Assembly (NCBI GenBank): GCA_963662615.2
Contig: CAXXSR010000002.1
Span: 64,001 to 128,000, forward strand
Direction: 5' to 3'
From: Dehalococcoidia bacterium
GTDB taxonomy: Bacteria > Chloroflexota > Dehalococcoidia > Bin125
DNA: 64,000 nt
Position 1 is the first letter of the stretch; each line of letters opens with the position of its first letter. A program made the translations under genes and the position numbers. Of the stretch, positions 45,586 to 56,104 are shown in pieces. The notes below the pieces were generated by a model. It did no database searches and had not been told where the DNA came from. It was given only the letters and a program-made list of their open reading frames with translations.

Positions 45586-47061
45586 TCACCGCTCGGGCGG
45601 ATACAGCTCGAACAAGGCGCCAATCGCGGCCTGCACGACTTGGCCCCCGGGGCCTACGGGCCCAGCCCCGTTGCTGACCGCGATGCGCCCCGTCCCAAGC
45701 CCCGGGAAGAGGTAGACGGACGCATACCAGAGGCCGTTGCTGCCGTCATGGGTGTAGATCGCGCCGAACGGACTCTCGTACACGCCCCAGCCGAACGCAT
45801 ATTTGCCGTTGGGGTCGCCCTCATAGGGCACGTCGGCGGGGGTGAAGATCCGCTCGACGGTCGATCGGCTGAGAAAGTCGCTCTCGCCCTCGAGGCCGCG
45901 CATCAGCTCGCTGAGGAACTTCACCCAGTCGGCCATCGCGCAGTACACGGTACCGGCCGGGCCGATGACCGGATCCCGCCAGATTTCGGTGTCGGGCTGA
46001 GTCGGATCGATCGGTGTCCCGCTCGCATCGTGCCCCCAGGGCGCCTCCGAGCCGTCCGCGCCCGGTGCGCCGAATCCACACGACTCCATGCCGAGCGGCT
46101 CGAACAGCTCGGCCCGCATCAACTCCTCCCAGGCCATGCCGGTCGCCGTCTCCAGCGCCGCGCCGGCAACGACGTAGCCCAGATTCGCGTAGTGCGACGA
46201 CGTCCCCGGCTCGATCGGCGGTGGCATCTCGAGCAGGAGCCGCGCGATCACCGCTCGCTGCTCCTCGACGGGTAGTGCCAGCACCGAGTCGTCGGGGTCG
46301 AGTTCGACCGCGTCATCGATGCCCCCCGTGTGCGACAGCAGCTGGGCCAGCGTGACCGCCGCGTAGTCGGGGTGGATTGCGACACCGTGCGGGAACGCCT
46401 CGCTCAAGGTGGTGTCGAAGGAGACGCCGCGACCTTGCTCCTGCAGGCGCCCCAACAGGGCTGCGGTCATCGCCTTCACGTCCGAGCCGAGGTGGAAGCG
46501 GTCATCAACGGTCACGGGCGTGCTCTCGCCGCTTCTCCGAACGCCGATCGCAGCCGCATCGATGATCGTGCCGTCCACGCTGAAGATCGCCGCTGCCACT
46601 GCCGGCGCCCCAGCCTCTGCCAGGATCGCCTCGAGCGCCGCAGACAGCGTCTCGGCACTCGGCGGCTCCGCGCTCGGCGGCTCTACGCGCGGCGGCTCCG
46701 CGCTCGGCGGCTCCGCGCTCGGCGGCTCCCCGCTCGGCGGCTCCGCGCTCGGCGGCTCTACGCGCGGCGGCTCCGCGCTCGGCGGCTCCGCGCTCGGCGG
46801 CTCCCCGCTCGGCGGCTCCGCGCTCGGCGGCTCCGCGCTCGGTGGCTCCGCACTCGGTGGCTCCGCGCTCGGCGTCTCCGCGTTCGACGGCTCCACGCTC
46901 GGCGGCTGCGCGCCCGGACTGACTCGAGCCTCATCCGCGATGGCGGAATCAGCGAGCGCGGGTTCGTCCTGCGCCACGTCGCCGTTGCCGCAGGCGATGG
47001 CGACCCCGGCCGCGAGCGCCACAAGCGTCAGCGCCAACGACGTCACACCACGGCGGCGCAC
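45586..47061 (-). CDS. Serine hydrolase (beta-lactamase/PBP-like) lipoprotein with a PPSAE repeat linker
   Basis: Lipobox AIAC; SxxK (SDVK), LLSHTGG, YAN, HDGS. Confidence 0.88.
   Translation of the reverse strand: MRRRGVTSLALTLVALAAGVAIACGNGDVAQDEPALADSAIADEARVSPGAQPPSVEPSNAETPSAEPPSAEPPSAEPPSAEPPSGEPPSAEPPSAEPPRVEPPSAEPPSGEPPSAEPPSAEPPRVEPPSAEPPSAETLSAALEAILAEAGAPAVAAAIFSVDGTIIDAAAIGVRRSGESTPVTVDDRFHLGSDVKAMTAALLGRLQEQGRGVSFDTTLSEAFPHGVAIHPDYAAVTLAQLLSHTGGIDDAVELDPDDSVLALPVEEQRAVIARLLLEMPPPIEPGTSSHYANLGYVVAGAALETATGMAWEELMRAELFEPLGMESCGFGAPGADGSEAPWGHDASGTPIDPTQPDTEIWRDPVIGPAGTVYCAMADWVKFLSELMRGLEGESDFLSRSTVERIFTPADVPYEGDPNGKYAFGWGVYESPFGAIYTHDGSNGLWYASVYLFPGLGTGRIAVSNGAGPVGPGGQVVQAAIGALFELYPPER
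46651..46905 (-). repeat. 17 x 15-nt in-frame tandem repeat (PPSAE) with a 75-nt higher-order unit
   Basis: ctccgcgctcggcgg units; PPSAE-PPSGE-PPSAE-PPSAE-PPRVE occurs twice. Confidence 0.95.
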
Positions 47062-47247
47062 GGCGGCGAAGCCGATGCTGACGCCGTGGAGAGCCCGCAC
47101 GGCGGTGTCGCTGGAGCCGTAGACCTTCGTCCCCTCCACCACGCGGGCGGCGATCGCGCGATCGACCCCCGGGGGTGGCGGCGCCACGGTCGGGCGTTCG
47201 AGTGTCGGTGCGCCGAGCGCGGCGAATATCTGAGTTGCGAAGAACAT
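47062..47247 (-). pseudogene. N-terminal remnant of a LolD/MacB-type ABC ATPase, in frame with the serine hydrolase
   Basis: AARVVEGTKVYGSSDTAVRALHGVSIGF, ending before Walker A; GGAGGAG RBS upstream of ATG 47247. Confidence 0.65.
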
Positions 47248-47689
47248 CTCAAGTCTCCTCCAGTGATGCCGCCCCCGGCGGTTGCCTGTGGGGCCGGTTG
47301 AACCTTGACGAGGAGTACCGTATGCAGAAAGCGGGCCGGAATCGCCCGCCGCGGGGACGATTCTGGCCGATCCGGCAGGGGGATCTTGGAGGTCGCACCG
47401 TCCGTCCCCGGGCGGACCTGCGCGGACGATCCCCACCCCGAGGCGGAGACAGACTCCGCCGCGCGGCGGAGGACGGCGCCGGGCGCTGGCTGCCATCATG
47501 TGAGCAGAGGCGAGCGGAGGAGCGACAATGGCGCGCGCGGCGGACCCGGCACCTCCGGCCACTCCCGGCTCCCCGGGCTTGCCGTCGGACGCGCTTACGG
47601 CCTCGCATGCGACCGCGCGGTCACGGCGACTGTCGCGGCTGCGCTTGCCGCTGCCGCGTCCAACGAGGTCCGACTAGATCCTGGTCGGC

Positions 47690-48817
47690 GTGGTTCTGAG
47701 CATCGAAGTCGCGTCGATCATCGGCGAAGAGGTGCAGGACGAAGCGGACTTCACGCCACTGGTCTTGCCTTTGTTGGCGGCGGTGGTCGGGTCGTTGCTC
47801 TGGCGGCGCCGCTACCCCGTCGCCGTGCTGGCGATCGTCTCGCTGAGCGCGATTCTCTGGGCGATCTTCGATCCCATCGGCGACGGGGTCCTGCCGCTGC
47901 TCGTCGGGCTGTACTCGGTGGCGGTGTGGGAGCCGAATCGACGGCACGCGGTCGGCGCCGCGGTCGGGGTCGCGGCGATCGTCGTCGTCGTTATGGTCGT
48001 GCAGGTCGCCTTGGACGACCTGGAGCTGCTGGGGCTCGTGCTCTTCTCCCTGGTCTTCGTGGGTGCCTGGATGGTTGGCTGGGTCGTCCGCATCCGGCGC
48101 GAGCTTGCCGGGGAACGCACGGCCCGCCGCGAGGAGACGCTTCGCGAGGAGTCGCGTGCCGCGGCCGCGGCGGAGCGGGTGCGCATCGCCCGGGAGTTAC
48201 ACGACGTCGTGGCGCACAGCGTAGGCGTGATGACGGTGCAAGCGGGGGCGGCCCGGATGACCGCGAGGGGAAACCCGGCCGCGGCCACCGACGCGATCGC
48301 CGCGATCGAGGAGTCCGGCCGCGAGGCGATGCAGGAGCTGCGCCGCATTGTCACCGTGCTCCGCGCCCACCCGGATGCCGCCACTCAGAGCCCCCTGACG
48401 CCACAACCCGGCCTCGCCGATCTCGGCGAGCTCAAGAGTCGATTGGAGGGCGCGGGCGTTGGGGTGGCCGTTGAGGTCGAAGGCACCGCACGGGTCCTGC
48501 CCCCGGCCGTCGACCTGACCGCGTATCGCATCGTGCAGGAGGCCCTGACCAACGTGCTCAAGCACGCCGGGCCGGCGACTGCGACCGTGCGCGTGCGCTA
48601 TACCGAGGCCACGGTGGAGCTCGAAATCGCGGATAACGGCCAGGCGCGTCCGGGCGACCCGATCCCGGAGCGCGGCCACGGCCTGGTGGGAATGCGCGAG
48701 CGGGCCTCGCTGTTCGGCGGCACGGTGGAGGCGGGGCCGCACCCGCAGGGTGGCTTCCAGGTCCGGGCGGTCCTGCCGGCGCCCCCCGGAGACGCGGGTC
48801 TTGAGGAGCGGCGGTGA
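47690..48817 (+). CDS. HisKA_3 membrane sensor histidine kinase; original start possibly 47528 with an in-frame TAG at 47675
   Basis: ERVRIARELHDVVAH, AYRIVQEALTNVLKHA, D.G, GHGLVGMRER; N-terminal TM helices. Confidence 0.88.
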   Translation: MVLSIEVASIIGEEVQDEADFTPLVLPLLAAVVGSLLWRRRYPVAVLAIVSLSAILWAIFDPIGDGVLPLLVGLYSVAVWEPNRRHAVGAAVGVAAIVVVVMVVQVALDDLELLGLVLFSLVFVGAWMVGWVVRIRRELAGERTARREETLREESRAAAAAERVRIARELHDVVAHSVGVMTVQAGAARMTARGNPAAATDAIAAIEESGREAMQELRRIVTVLRAHPDAATQSPLTPQPGLADLGELKSRLEGAGVGVAVEVEGTARVLPPAVDLTAYRIVQEALTNVLKHAGPATATVRVRYTEATVELEIADNGQARPGDPIPERGHGLVGMRERASLFGGTVEAGPHPQGGFQVRAVLPAPPGDAGLEERR

Positions 48818-49479
48818 TCCGCGCCGTCGTCGTCGATGATCAGGCGCTCGTGCGGACCGGCTTCGCGATGATCTTGAATAGCCAGGACGACATCGAAGTG
48901 GTCGGGGAGGCAGGGAACGGGCAGGAGGCGATCGATATGGTCGCGCGCCATCGCCCGGACGTCGTCCTGATGGACATCCGCATGCCGGAGCTGGACGGGA
49001 TCGAGGCGACCCGTCGGATCATCTCCGAGGCGGGGAATACTGCCCGCGTCCTGATCCTCACCACCTTCGACCCGGACGAGTATGTCTTCCAGGCCCTCCA
49101 AGCCGGGGCGAGCGGCTTCGTGCTCAAGGACATTCCGGCCGAGGATCTGGCCGCGGCGGTGCGGGTCCTCGCCCGCGGCGACGCGCTGCTCGCCCCCTCC
49201 ATCACCAAGCGGCTGATCGCGGAGTTCGCCCAGGCGGCGCCACGGCCGCCCCCGGACGACGTGGACGTCTCGGCCCTTACCGAGCGCGAGCGTGAGATCC
49301 TCGCGCTGGTCGCCCGCGGCCTTTCCAACGCCGAGATCGCGGACGAGCTGATGATCGGCGGGGCGACCGTCAAGTCGCACGTTTCCAGCGTCCTCGGCAA
49401 GCTGGGCCTGCGCGATCGCGTGCAGGCGGTTGTGTTCGCGCACGAGTACGACTTGGCAGGGCGGAAGGGGCCCGGCTGA
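48814..49479 (+). CDS. NarL/LuxR-family response regulator
   Basis: VDDQ, DVVLMDIRMP, LTTFD, LK; HTH LTEREREIL...SNAEIA...TVKSHV; start overlaps the kinase stop (GTGA). Confidence 0.95.
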   Translation: MIRAVVVDDQALVRTGFAMILNSQDDIEVVGEAGNGQEAIDMVARHRPDVVLMDIRMPELDGIEATRRIISEAGNTARVLILTTFDPDEYVFQALQAGASGFVLKDIPAEDLAAAVRVLARGDALLAPSITKRLIAEFAQAAPRPPPDDVDVSALTEREREILALVARGLSNAEIADELMIGGATVKSHVSSVLGKLGLRDRVQAVVFAHEYDLAGRKGPG

Positions 49480-49723
49480 CGCCGTTCGCCGTAGACGGCG
49501 GTCCAACGGCCGGCCCCATTCGAGGCGGATGATCGCCGTACGCGGCGTTCGCGGGGCCCGTCAGGTCCGACCGCGGGCCGTGCGCGCCGGGCAGCCCCTT
49601 GTCGGGGACACGAGCAACGTGCTCGGGGGTGTCGATGGCCGCCGACCGGATCCGCAGCCGCTCGCCGCAGGCGGCGTTCCGGCCGCTGCCGGCGGTGGCG
49701 GAGACGGCGAAGTGGGGGGGTAA

Positions 49724-49800
<77 letters not shown>

Positions 49801-49857
49801 GCCTGAATGGAGGCTACGCGGCGGCGCGGTCGGAGACAAGCGCTTGGGCCGCATCCG

Positions 49858-50433
49858 CTAGAGCGACGTAGAGCCCTCGTCCTCGCTGGTAGCGCCCGGC
49901 GAGGCCTCCGTCGTCGTGGTGGTCCCGCCCGCGGGCTCCTCGGTTGCGGCTTCGTCATCGGGCGTGGTGGGCGGTGGCTCTGGCGTGAAATCGGGAGGCG
50001 GGATGCGCAGCTCCTGGCCCACACGAAGCCTGTCAGGGTTGGCGAGGTCGTTGTAGGCGGCGAGCGCTTGGATGGTGGTCTGGAAGCGTCGGGCGATGGC
50101 GCCGAGCGTGTCGCCGGCCAGGACGGTGTAGACGTCCTGGTCCTCCTCCACCTGCAGGTCCGACTCCTCCAGCGGAATCTGCTCGATCCGCGCGACGGGC
50201 GCCGGCTCATCGGGAGGGGGAGGCTCCAAGATCAGCGACGGCGCGGCGGGCAGGAGGTTGGTCCCGGTCGCGGCTGTGAGCGCCTCGTTGGGCTCATCCT
50301 CGTCCGCGGACAGGAGGCTGAACTCCGTGACCAGGAGGACCGCAACCGTGATGGGGATCGCCAGAACGAGAATCGCGAGCAGGCCCAGGGTCCGACCGGA
50401 CCAACCCCAAGTGGAGGGCGGCCTGGCGCTCAC
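49858..50433 (-). CDS. Membrane-anchored LysM-domain protein
   Basis: N-terminal TM; [44 protein letters not shown]. Confidence 0.9.
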   Translation of the reverse strand: MSARPPSTWGWSGRTLGLLAILVLAIPITVAVLLVTEFSLLSADEDEPNEALTAATGTNLLPAAPSLILEPPPPDEPAPVARIEQIPLEESDLQVEEDQDVYTVLAGDTLGAIARRFQTTIQALAAYNDLANPDRLRVGQELRIPPPDFTPEPPPTTPDDEAATEEPAGGTTTTTEASPGATSEDEGSTSL

Positions 50434-50440
50434 GGCGCGG

Positions 50441-50545
50441 TCCTCGGAGCGGCGGTTCTAGGAGCGGCGGTTCTAGGAGCGGCGTTCCTAAGAGCTGCGG
50501 TCTTAGGAGCTGCGTTCCTAAGAGCGCTGGTCCTAGGAGCGGCGG
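50441..50545. repeat. 7 x 15-nt tandem repeat reiterating the end of the upstream zinc-ribbon gene
   Basis: tcctaggagcggcgg-like units at 50441, 50456, 50471, 50486, 50501, 50516 and 50531. Confidence 0.9.
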
Positions 50546-50757
50546 CCCTCACCCCGCCGCGCATCCAGTACCGGCTCGTCCAGGTAGACGTCGCCGTTGC
50601 GGATCTTGATGTTGTAGCCGCACTCGGGATTCGTGCAGACCCAGGCCTTGAACTGGATCGAGGCGCCCTGCCCGCCGAAATCGGAGAGCGGCACCAAGGC
50701 GCCCCCCTGGCAGCGCTGACAACGCGGAAATGCCAATTGCAGTTCACCAGCAACCAC
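50533..50757 (-). CDS. Small zinc-ribbon hypothetical protein
   Basis: CQRC...CTNPEC; LVPLSDFG.QGA.I.FKAWVC; start uncertain. Confidence 0.7.
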   Translation of the reverse strand: MVAGELQLAFPRCQRCQGGALVPLSDFGGQGASIQFKAWVCTNPECGYNIKIRNGDVYLDEPVLDARRGEGRRS

Positions 50758-50972
50758 CCGTCCATCCCTTTCCCCGCAAGACGCTGCGGCACTACAGAAA
50801 GTTCCAGGCCGCCGTCCACGCCTCGGTCGTCGCCTATTGTACCCCGGCGTCGCTTTACGCCCTTCTTACATGTTGATCACCGCTCCTTGATTCTGTGGCG
50901 CGATAGTGCAGTGGCGCGATAGTGCGGTGGGATGCGGTCACTGCCGGCTGCCGGTTCCGAAGGAGCATAACC

Positions 50973-51869
50973 ATGCCGCAACATCCGTGGCTCAGTTTGA
51001 CGGCGCTCGCCGTCGCGGTGGCCAGCATTGGGCTGGGGACCGCGGCGCTCGTTCTCGCCTTGGATGAGGACGACCCCGTGTTCGTGACCGCGCAGCCGGG
51101 GCTGCGCGCCGCTCCGGCCTTTTCGCTGGTCCCCGAGCAGCAGCGCGACCGATTCCCAGGCGACTTCGAGCCGCCGGACCTGGACCGGTTCCGCGAACGG
51201 TTCCGGGAGGCCCGAGCGGAGGAGTCGGGCGCGCAGCTCGGCGTCAACATCGCCGAAACGGACGGTGGCATTGTGGTGCAGGCGGTAATTCCCGAGAGCG
51301 CGGCCGAGAGGGCGGGGCTGCGCGAGGGCGATGTCATCATCGCGTTCGACGGGGAGTCTATCGACGACGCCGCATCGCTCCGCGCGGCGGTGCAGGAGCG
51401 CGAGGTGGGGGACGAAGTAACGCTCACGGTTGAGCGGGACGAGGAGAGGCAGCGACTTGACGTCACCCTGGGCGAGCGCCGCTTCGGGGCGGCGTTCCCC
51501 GAACGTCCGCCGACGCCGTTCGAGGGGCCGCTGGGCGAGATCCTGCGCAACGTGCCCTTCGCGTTCGCCCTGGGGGGCGCGGAGGCGTTGAGAGGCGGCC
51601 TGCGCTCGTTCACCTTCAGGGGCAGCGATGCCGAGGGCAAGGCGATCACGGTGGAGCTGATCGTGGGCGCGTTGATCGAATTTAACGACGCCGAGGTCCG
51701 CGTTGGGGAGGGCGACGAGGCGCGGAGCTTCGAGGTGACGGAGGAGACGGACGTTGCGCCGGAGGGCGTCACGGTCGGCGAAGGTGACCAGGTCATGGTG
51801 GTCGCCGTGAACGGCGTCGCGATGGTGGTGGTCAAGGCCGAGTCGCTGCGGCTGCCGGCCTTCGGCTAG
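50973..51869 (+). CDS. Membrane-anchored PDZ-domain protein
   Basis: LGV, V..V.PESAAERAGLREGDVIIAFDG, V.LTVER; AGGAG RBS. Confidence 0.85.
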   Translation: MPQHPWLSLTALAVAVASIGLGTAALVLALDEDDPVFVTAQPGLRAAPAFSLVPEQQRDRFPGDFEPPDLDRFRERFREARAEESGAQLGVNIAETDGGIVVQAVIPESAAERAGLREGDVIIAFDGESIDDAASLRAAVQEREVGDEVTLTVERDEERQRLDVTLGERRFGAAFPERPPTPFEGPLGEILRNVPFAFALGGAEALRGGLRSFTFRGSDAEGKAITVELIVGALIEFNDAEVRVGEGDEARSFEVTEETDVAPEGVTVGEGDQVMVVAVNGVAMVVVKAESLRLPAFG

Positions 51870-53500
51870 GCGCGCCCCTTCTCCCCTGCCGCCGCGTCCC
51901 ACTGCGGGCGCTTGTAGAGGAAGTATTCGAAGGCGTCGGAGAGGGCCATCCAGGACGCGTCGATAACGTCGGTGGAGGAGCCGACGGTGTTCCAGATGTG
52001 CTCGCCGTCCGTGGACTCGATCAGGACGCGCACGGAGGCCTCCGTCCCGGCCCCGGCGTCAAGAATGCGCACCTTGTAGTCCAGCAGGTGCATGCGGTCG
52101 ATCTCGGGATAAGCCTCTCGCAGACCCTTGCGGACCGACTGATCGAGGGCGTTGACGGGGCCGTTGCCGTCGGCGGCGGTCTGATAGACGTTGCCGCCGA
52201 CGGCGATCTTGGTCATGGCCTCGGCCGCCATCTCGTTGCCGGCATCATCATCGCCGCCGTGATGACGGCGGCGCTCGACGATGAGGAAGTCGTCAAGCAC
52301 GAACGGAGGCGTGTAGGCGGCACGGAGCCGCAGGGCCAGGAGCTCGAAGGAGGCCTCGGCGCCTTCGTACTGGTAGCCGCGGCTCTCCATGGTCTTGACC
52401 CGCTCCAAGAGGGCGCGCGTCTCGTCCTTGTTGAGGGGGAAGTCCAGCCCCCGCTCCTGGAGCTTGTAGGAGATGTTGCGCTGCCCGGAAAGCTCGCTGA
52501 CGAGGACGCGGCGGGCGTTGCCGACGAGCGCCGGCTTGACGTGTTGGTAGGTGTCCTCATCCTTCATGATGCCGGCCACGTGATAGCCGGCCTTGTGGGC
52601 GAAGGCGCTCTGGCCCACGTACGAGGCCTGGTTGGGCAGGGGCAGGTTGGCCAGCTCCGCGACGAACAGGCTGACGTTGGTCAAGTCGCGGAGCTGGTCG
52701 TCGGAGACGAGCGGGATCCCCATCTTGAGTTGCAGATCGGCGATGACGCTGGTCAGGTTGGCGTTGCCGCAGCGCTCGCCATAGCCGTTGACGCAGCCCT
52801 GCACCTGGATCACGCCGGCCTCCACGGCTGCCAGGGTGTTGGCGACCGCCAACTCACAGTCGTTGTGGCAGTGGATGCCGAAGCGGGCCTCCGGCACGGC
52901 TTCGCGCGCGGCGGCGACGGCGGCCAACAGCGCGGAGGTGATCGCGCCGCCGTTGGTGTCGCAGAGGACCAGGTACTCCGCGCCTGCACGCTGGGCGGTC
53001 TGGAGCGTCTGGAGGGCGTAATCAGGGTCCTGTCTGAAGCCGTCGAAGAAGTGCTCGGCGTCGAAGTGGACCTCGCGGCCCTGATCACGCAGGTAGGCGA
53101 CGGACTCGCGGATCATGGCGAGGTTCTCTTCCTTGGAGGTCTCGAGGGCGACGTCAACGTGGTAGGCGCTGGCCTTGCCGACGAGCGTGACGACGGGGCT
53201 CTGCGCCGCGACGAGCGCCTGGATGCTGAAGTCCTCCTCCACGCGGGAGTCCGGCTTGCGGGTGCCGCCGAAGGCGACGAGCTTGGCCCGCTGCAGGGGC
53301 TGCGCCTGCATGCGCTGGAAGAACGCCTTGTCCTTCTCGTTGCTGCCGGGAAAGCCGCCTTCAACGTAGTCAATGCCGAGTCCGTCGAGCCGATGTGCGA
53401 TGGCGACCTTGTCGTCCAGCGAGAAGGCGATGCCCTCCATCTGGGAGCCGTCGCGCAGGAGGGTGTCGTAGAGGATGACGCGGGGGGCCTGGTCAGTCAT
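51866..53500 (-). CDS. cimA: Citramalate synthase
   Basis: DT.LRDGSQ, FDAEHFFDG, CDTNGG, HCHND, YEGAEASFEL, LLDYKVRIL. Confidence 0.92.
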   Translation of the reverse strand: MTDQAPRVILYDTLLRDGSQMEGIAFSLDDKVAIAHRLDGLGIDYVEGGFPGSNEKDKAFFQRMQAQPLQRAKLVAFGGTRKPDSRVEEDFSIQALVAAQSPVVTLVGKASAYHVDVALETSKEENLAMIRESVAYLRDQGREVHFDAEHFFDGFRQDPDYALQTLQTAQRAGAEYLVLCDTNGGAITSALLAAVAAAREAVPEARFGIHCHNDCELAVANTLAAVEAGVIQVQGCVNGYGERCGNANLTSVIADLQLKMGIPLVSDDQLRDLTNVSLFVAELANLPLPNQASYVGQSAFAHKAGYHVAGIMKDEDTYQHVKPALVGNARRVLVSELSGQRNISYKLQERGLDFPLNKDETRALLERVKTMESRGYQYEGAEASFELLALRLRAAYTPPFVLDDFLIVERRRHHGGDDDAGNEMAAEAMTKIAVGGNVYQTAADGNGPVNALDQSVRKGLREAYPEIDRMHLLDYKVRILDAGAGTEASVRVLIESTDGEHIWNTVGSSTDVIDASWMALSDAFEYFLYKRPQWDAAAGEKGRA

Positions 53501-53607
53501 GGCGATATCTCACGAGTTCAGGCCGGAGGCCGGCGGGTAGGCGGTCGGAAAGGGAAACGGGCGCTGTGAGAGCGGGACCGGACCGAGCCGCTAGGCGCGT
53601 CGGGCGT

Positions 53608-53655
53608 CCTTCGACCCTTCGGCAAGCTCAGGACAGGCAGGCTCAGAATGAGCGG
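53608..53655. repeat. REP-like CCTTCGAC-AGGCTCAG element with a nested second copy
   Basis: CCTTCGAC[CCTTCGGCAAGCTCAGGACAGGC]AGGCTCAGAATGAGCGG; related sequences at 57982 and 60583. Confidence 0.7.
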
Positions 53656-53867
53656 GAGCCCACGCGCCGGCCGCTACAGCACTCGGGTCAGGGCAATCGC
53701 ATCCGCCGCGTGATGAACCGCGGCGGAGGAGCGCTCCTTTGGTGTGCAGGCGAGGTGGTTCACGTATCCGTTCCTCACGAATCCGGGCGAGCAGACGGAT
53801 CCAACGTAGCGCGGCGGCCGGGCTGGCGGCAAGGGGATGCAGGCGAGCAGGAGTGGGCGCGGTGAAG

Positions 53868-54962
53868 TCAGATCGCCTCGGCGATGAGCGTGCCCAGGGT
53901 GGCGGTCTCGATCGCAGGCTCGCCTTCCGTGACGAGGTCGGCCGAGCGATGGCCCGCTTGCAGCACCTGTTCCACGGCGCGCTCGACGGCGGCTGCCTCA
54001 GGCTCCAGGCCGAGCGACAGGCGCAGCATCAGGGCGACGCTGAGGATCGCCGCGACGGGGTTGGCGACGCCCTTGCCGGCGATGTCGGGCGCGGTGCCAT
54101 GGATGGGTTCGTAGAGGCCCAGGTTCGTGCCCCCACCGCGACGGCGCCGTGCGCCCAGGCTGGCGCTGGGCAGCATGCCCATGGAGCCGACGAGCATGGA
54201 GGCTTCATCCGTGAGGATGTCGCCGAAGAGGTTCTCGGTGACGATGACGTCGAAGTCGGCGGGGCGGCGGATCAGCTGCATGGCGCAGGTGTCGACGAGG
54301 AGGTGCTCCAGCCGCACGTCGGCGAAGTCGCGGGCGACCTCCAGGGCGATCTCCCGCCAGAGGCGAGAGCTATCGAGGATGTTGGCCTTGTCGACGCTGG
54401 TGAGATGGCGTCGCCTGCCGCGGGCCAGCTCGAAGCCGAGGCGGAGGATGCGCTCGATCTCGCGCTCGCTGTATTTGAGGGTGTCGACGGCCTTGCGGCC
54501 GCGGCTGTCGCGCCAGCGCCGCTGGGGCTTGCCGAAGTAGATGCCGCCGGTGAGCTCGCGCAGGACGACCAGGTCCACACCCTCAACGATGTGGGCTTTG
54601 AGCGTGCTGCTGTCTGCCAGGAAGCCGAAGACTTTGACGGGGCGAATGTTGGCGAACAGGCCCAGCTCCTTGCGCAGGCCCAAGATGGCGTCCTCAGGCC
54701 GGGCCGTGGCTTGGGGGCCGTCCCACTTGGGGCCACCGACGGCGCCGAAGAGGACGGCGTCCTGACGGCGGCAGAGCTCGAGGTCCTCGGGTCGGAGGGC
54801 GACGCCATAGGCGTCGATGGCGCCGCCGCCGACGCGCGCCTCGGCGTAGTCGAAGGCGTGGCCGAAGCGTTGGGCGACGGCGTCCAGGACCTTGACGGCC
54901 TCGGCGATCACCTCGGGGCCGATGCCGTCGCCGGGGAGGAGGGCAATCTTGAAGGCGGCCAC
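53868..54962 (-). CDS. leuB: 3-isopropylmalate dehydrogenase
   Basis: [57 protein letters not shown]. Confidence 0.96.
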   Translation of the reverse strand: MAAFKIALLPGDGIGPEVIAEAVKVLDAVAQRFGHAFDYAEARVGGGAIDAYGVALRPEDLELCRRQDAVLFGAVGGPKWDGPQATARPEDAILGLRKELGLFANIRPVKVFGFLADSSTLKAHIVEGVDLVVLRELTGGIYFGKPQRRWRDSRGRKAVDTLKYSEREIERILRLGFELARGRRRHLTSVDKANILDSSRLWREIALEVARDFADVRLEHLLVDTCAMQLIRRPADFDVIVTENLFGDILTDEASMLVGSMGMLPSASLGARRRRGGGTNLGLYEPIHGTAPDIAGKGVANPVAAILSVALMLRLSLGLEPEAAAVERAVEQVLQAGHRSADLVTEGEPAIETATLGTLIAEAI

Positions 54963-55063
54963 CGCTGGCTCCAGATCTCTGGGCTCAGTAGAGCGCGCCG
55001 GAGGCCTGGGGGGAAGGGATTCGGACGGGCTCAGTGTAGCACGCGGAGAGGGCAATTGGTTAC

Positions 55064-55092
55064 TTGACACACCTGACCGCATGTTCTAGCCT
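55064..55092 (+). promoter_or_regulatory. Transposase promoter with its -35 inside the left TIR
   Basis: TTGACA-N17-TAGCCT, followed by an AGGAG RBS. Confidence 0.7.
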
Positions 55093-55114
55093 GCCTCCAG
55101 TTTAGGAGTCGGCC

Positions 55115-56104
55115 ATGAGCACCCCAGCGCCCAGCTACCTGGAAGTCCTGAAGTGGTCGGATGCCGAGTGCCGCGCCTACCTGGAGGCGCAACGCTGGCC
55201 CACCGGCCCCGCCTGCCCGAAGTGCGGGAACATCGGGGCGTGGACGATCACGCGCCGGTCCAAGACCAAGAACAAGGTGTCGCAGTTCTACTGCTGCAAG
55301 GCGTGCAAGCGGCAGTTCACTGCCACCGTGGGAACCATCTTCGAGGACAGCAAGATTCCGCTGTCCAAGTGGTTCGCGGCGATATACCTCATGTGTGAGT
55401 CCAAGAAGGGCGTGAGCGCCCACCAGCTCCACCGCCAGCTTGGGATTCAATACCGCTCGGCCTGGTACATGTGCCACCGCATCCGCGAGGCGATGCGGGA
55501 GAAGGGGCCGCGCCCGATACTGACCGGCGCGATTGAGGCGGACGAGACCTACGTTGGAGGCAAGGTGCGCGGCGCGCCGATGGCCCGCTCACGTCGCAAG
55601 GCGCGCAAGGGCCAAGCGTACGCCCTCGGGGACAAGGTCATCGTGTTCGGTCTGCTCCAGCGCGGCGGCGAAGCGCGCACGATAGTGATCCCCAACGTCA
55701 AGCACGCAACCGCGCGGGGGCGACTCGCCCGCCACATCGACTTCAGCAAGGCGAAGCTCTATACGGACGGCCACCCGGCCTATCGCGGGATACGGCACTT
55801 CCTGCCGCACGCTTACGTGGACCATGAGCGGGAGTACGTGAAGCGCGATGCCCCCGAAGTTCACACGCAGGGGATCGATGGCTATTGGAGCATCCTCAAG
55901 CGCGGGCTAACCGGCGTGTTTCACCACGTCGGGCCGGCCTACCTGCCCCAATACCTGCATGAGTTCGAGTACCGCTTCAATCGTCGTCAGATAACGGACG
56001 CGGAGCGGTTTCAGGCGCTGCTTGGGCAGGTGACTGGTCGGCTGGAGTGGTATCGGGAGCGTCCGGCGCTGGGGGGCGCTTCGGAGCCCGAATCAGCTTC
56101 TTGA
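55115..56104 (+). CDS. IS1595-family DDE transposase
   Basis: Zn ribbon RWP..P.CPKCG...CKACKRQFT..VGTIFE.SK.PL.KWF; HTH; EADETYVGG, YTDG, H..I.GYWS..KR...G.FH; YL.EF.YRFN. Confidence 0.95.
   Translation: MSTPAPSYLEVLKWSDAECRAYLEAQRWPTGPACPKCGNIGAWTITRRSKTKNKVSQFYCCKACKRQFTATVGTIFEDSKIPLSKWFAAIYLMCESKKGVSAHQLHRQLGIQYRSAWYMCHRIREAMREKGPRPILTGAIEADETYVGGKVRGAPMARSRRKARKGQAYALGDKVIVFGLLQRGGEARTIVIPNVKHATARGRLARHIDFSKAKLYTDGHPAYRGIRHFLPHAYVDHEREYVKRDAPEVHTQGIDGYWSILKRGLTGVFHHVGPAYLPQYLHEFEYRFNRRQITDAERFQALLGQVTGRLEWYRERPALGGASEPESAS

Noticed and set aside
53676-53790. Leader peptide upstream of cimA
   Set aside because: A short minus-strand ORF exists but has no run of Ile/Leu/Val codons and no clear attenuator.
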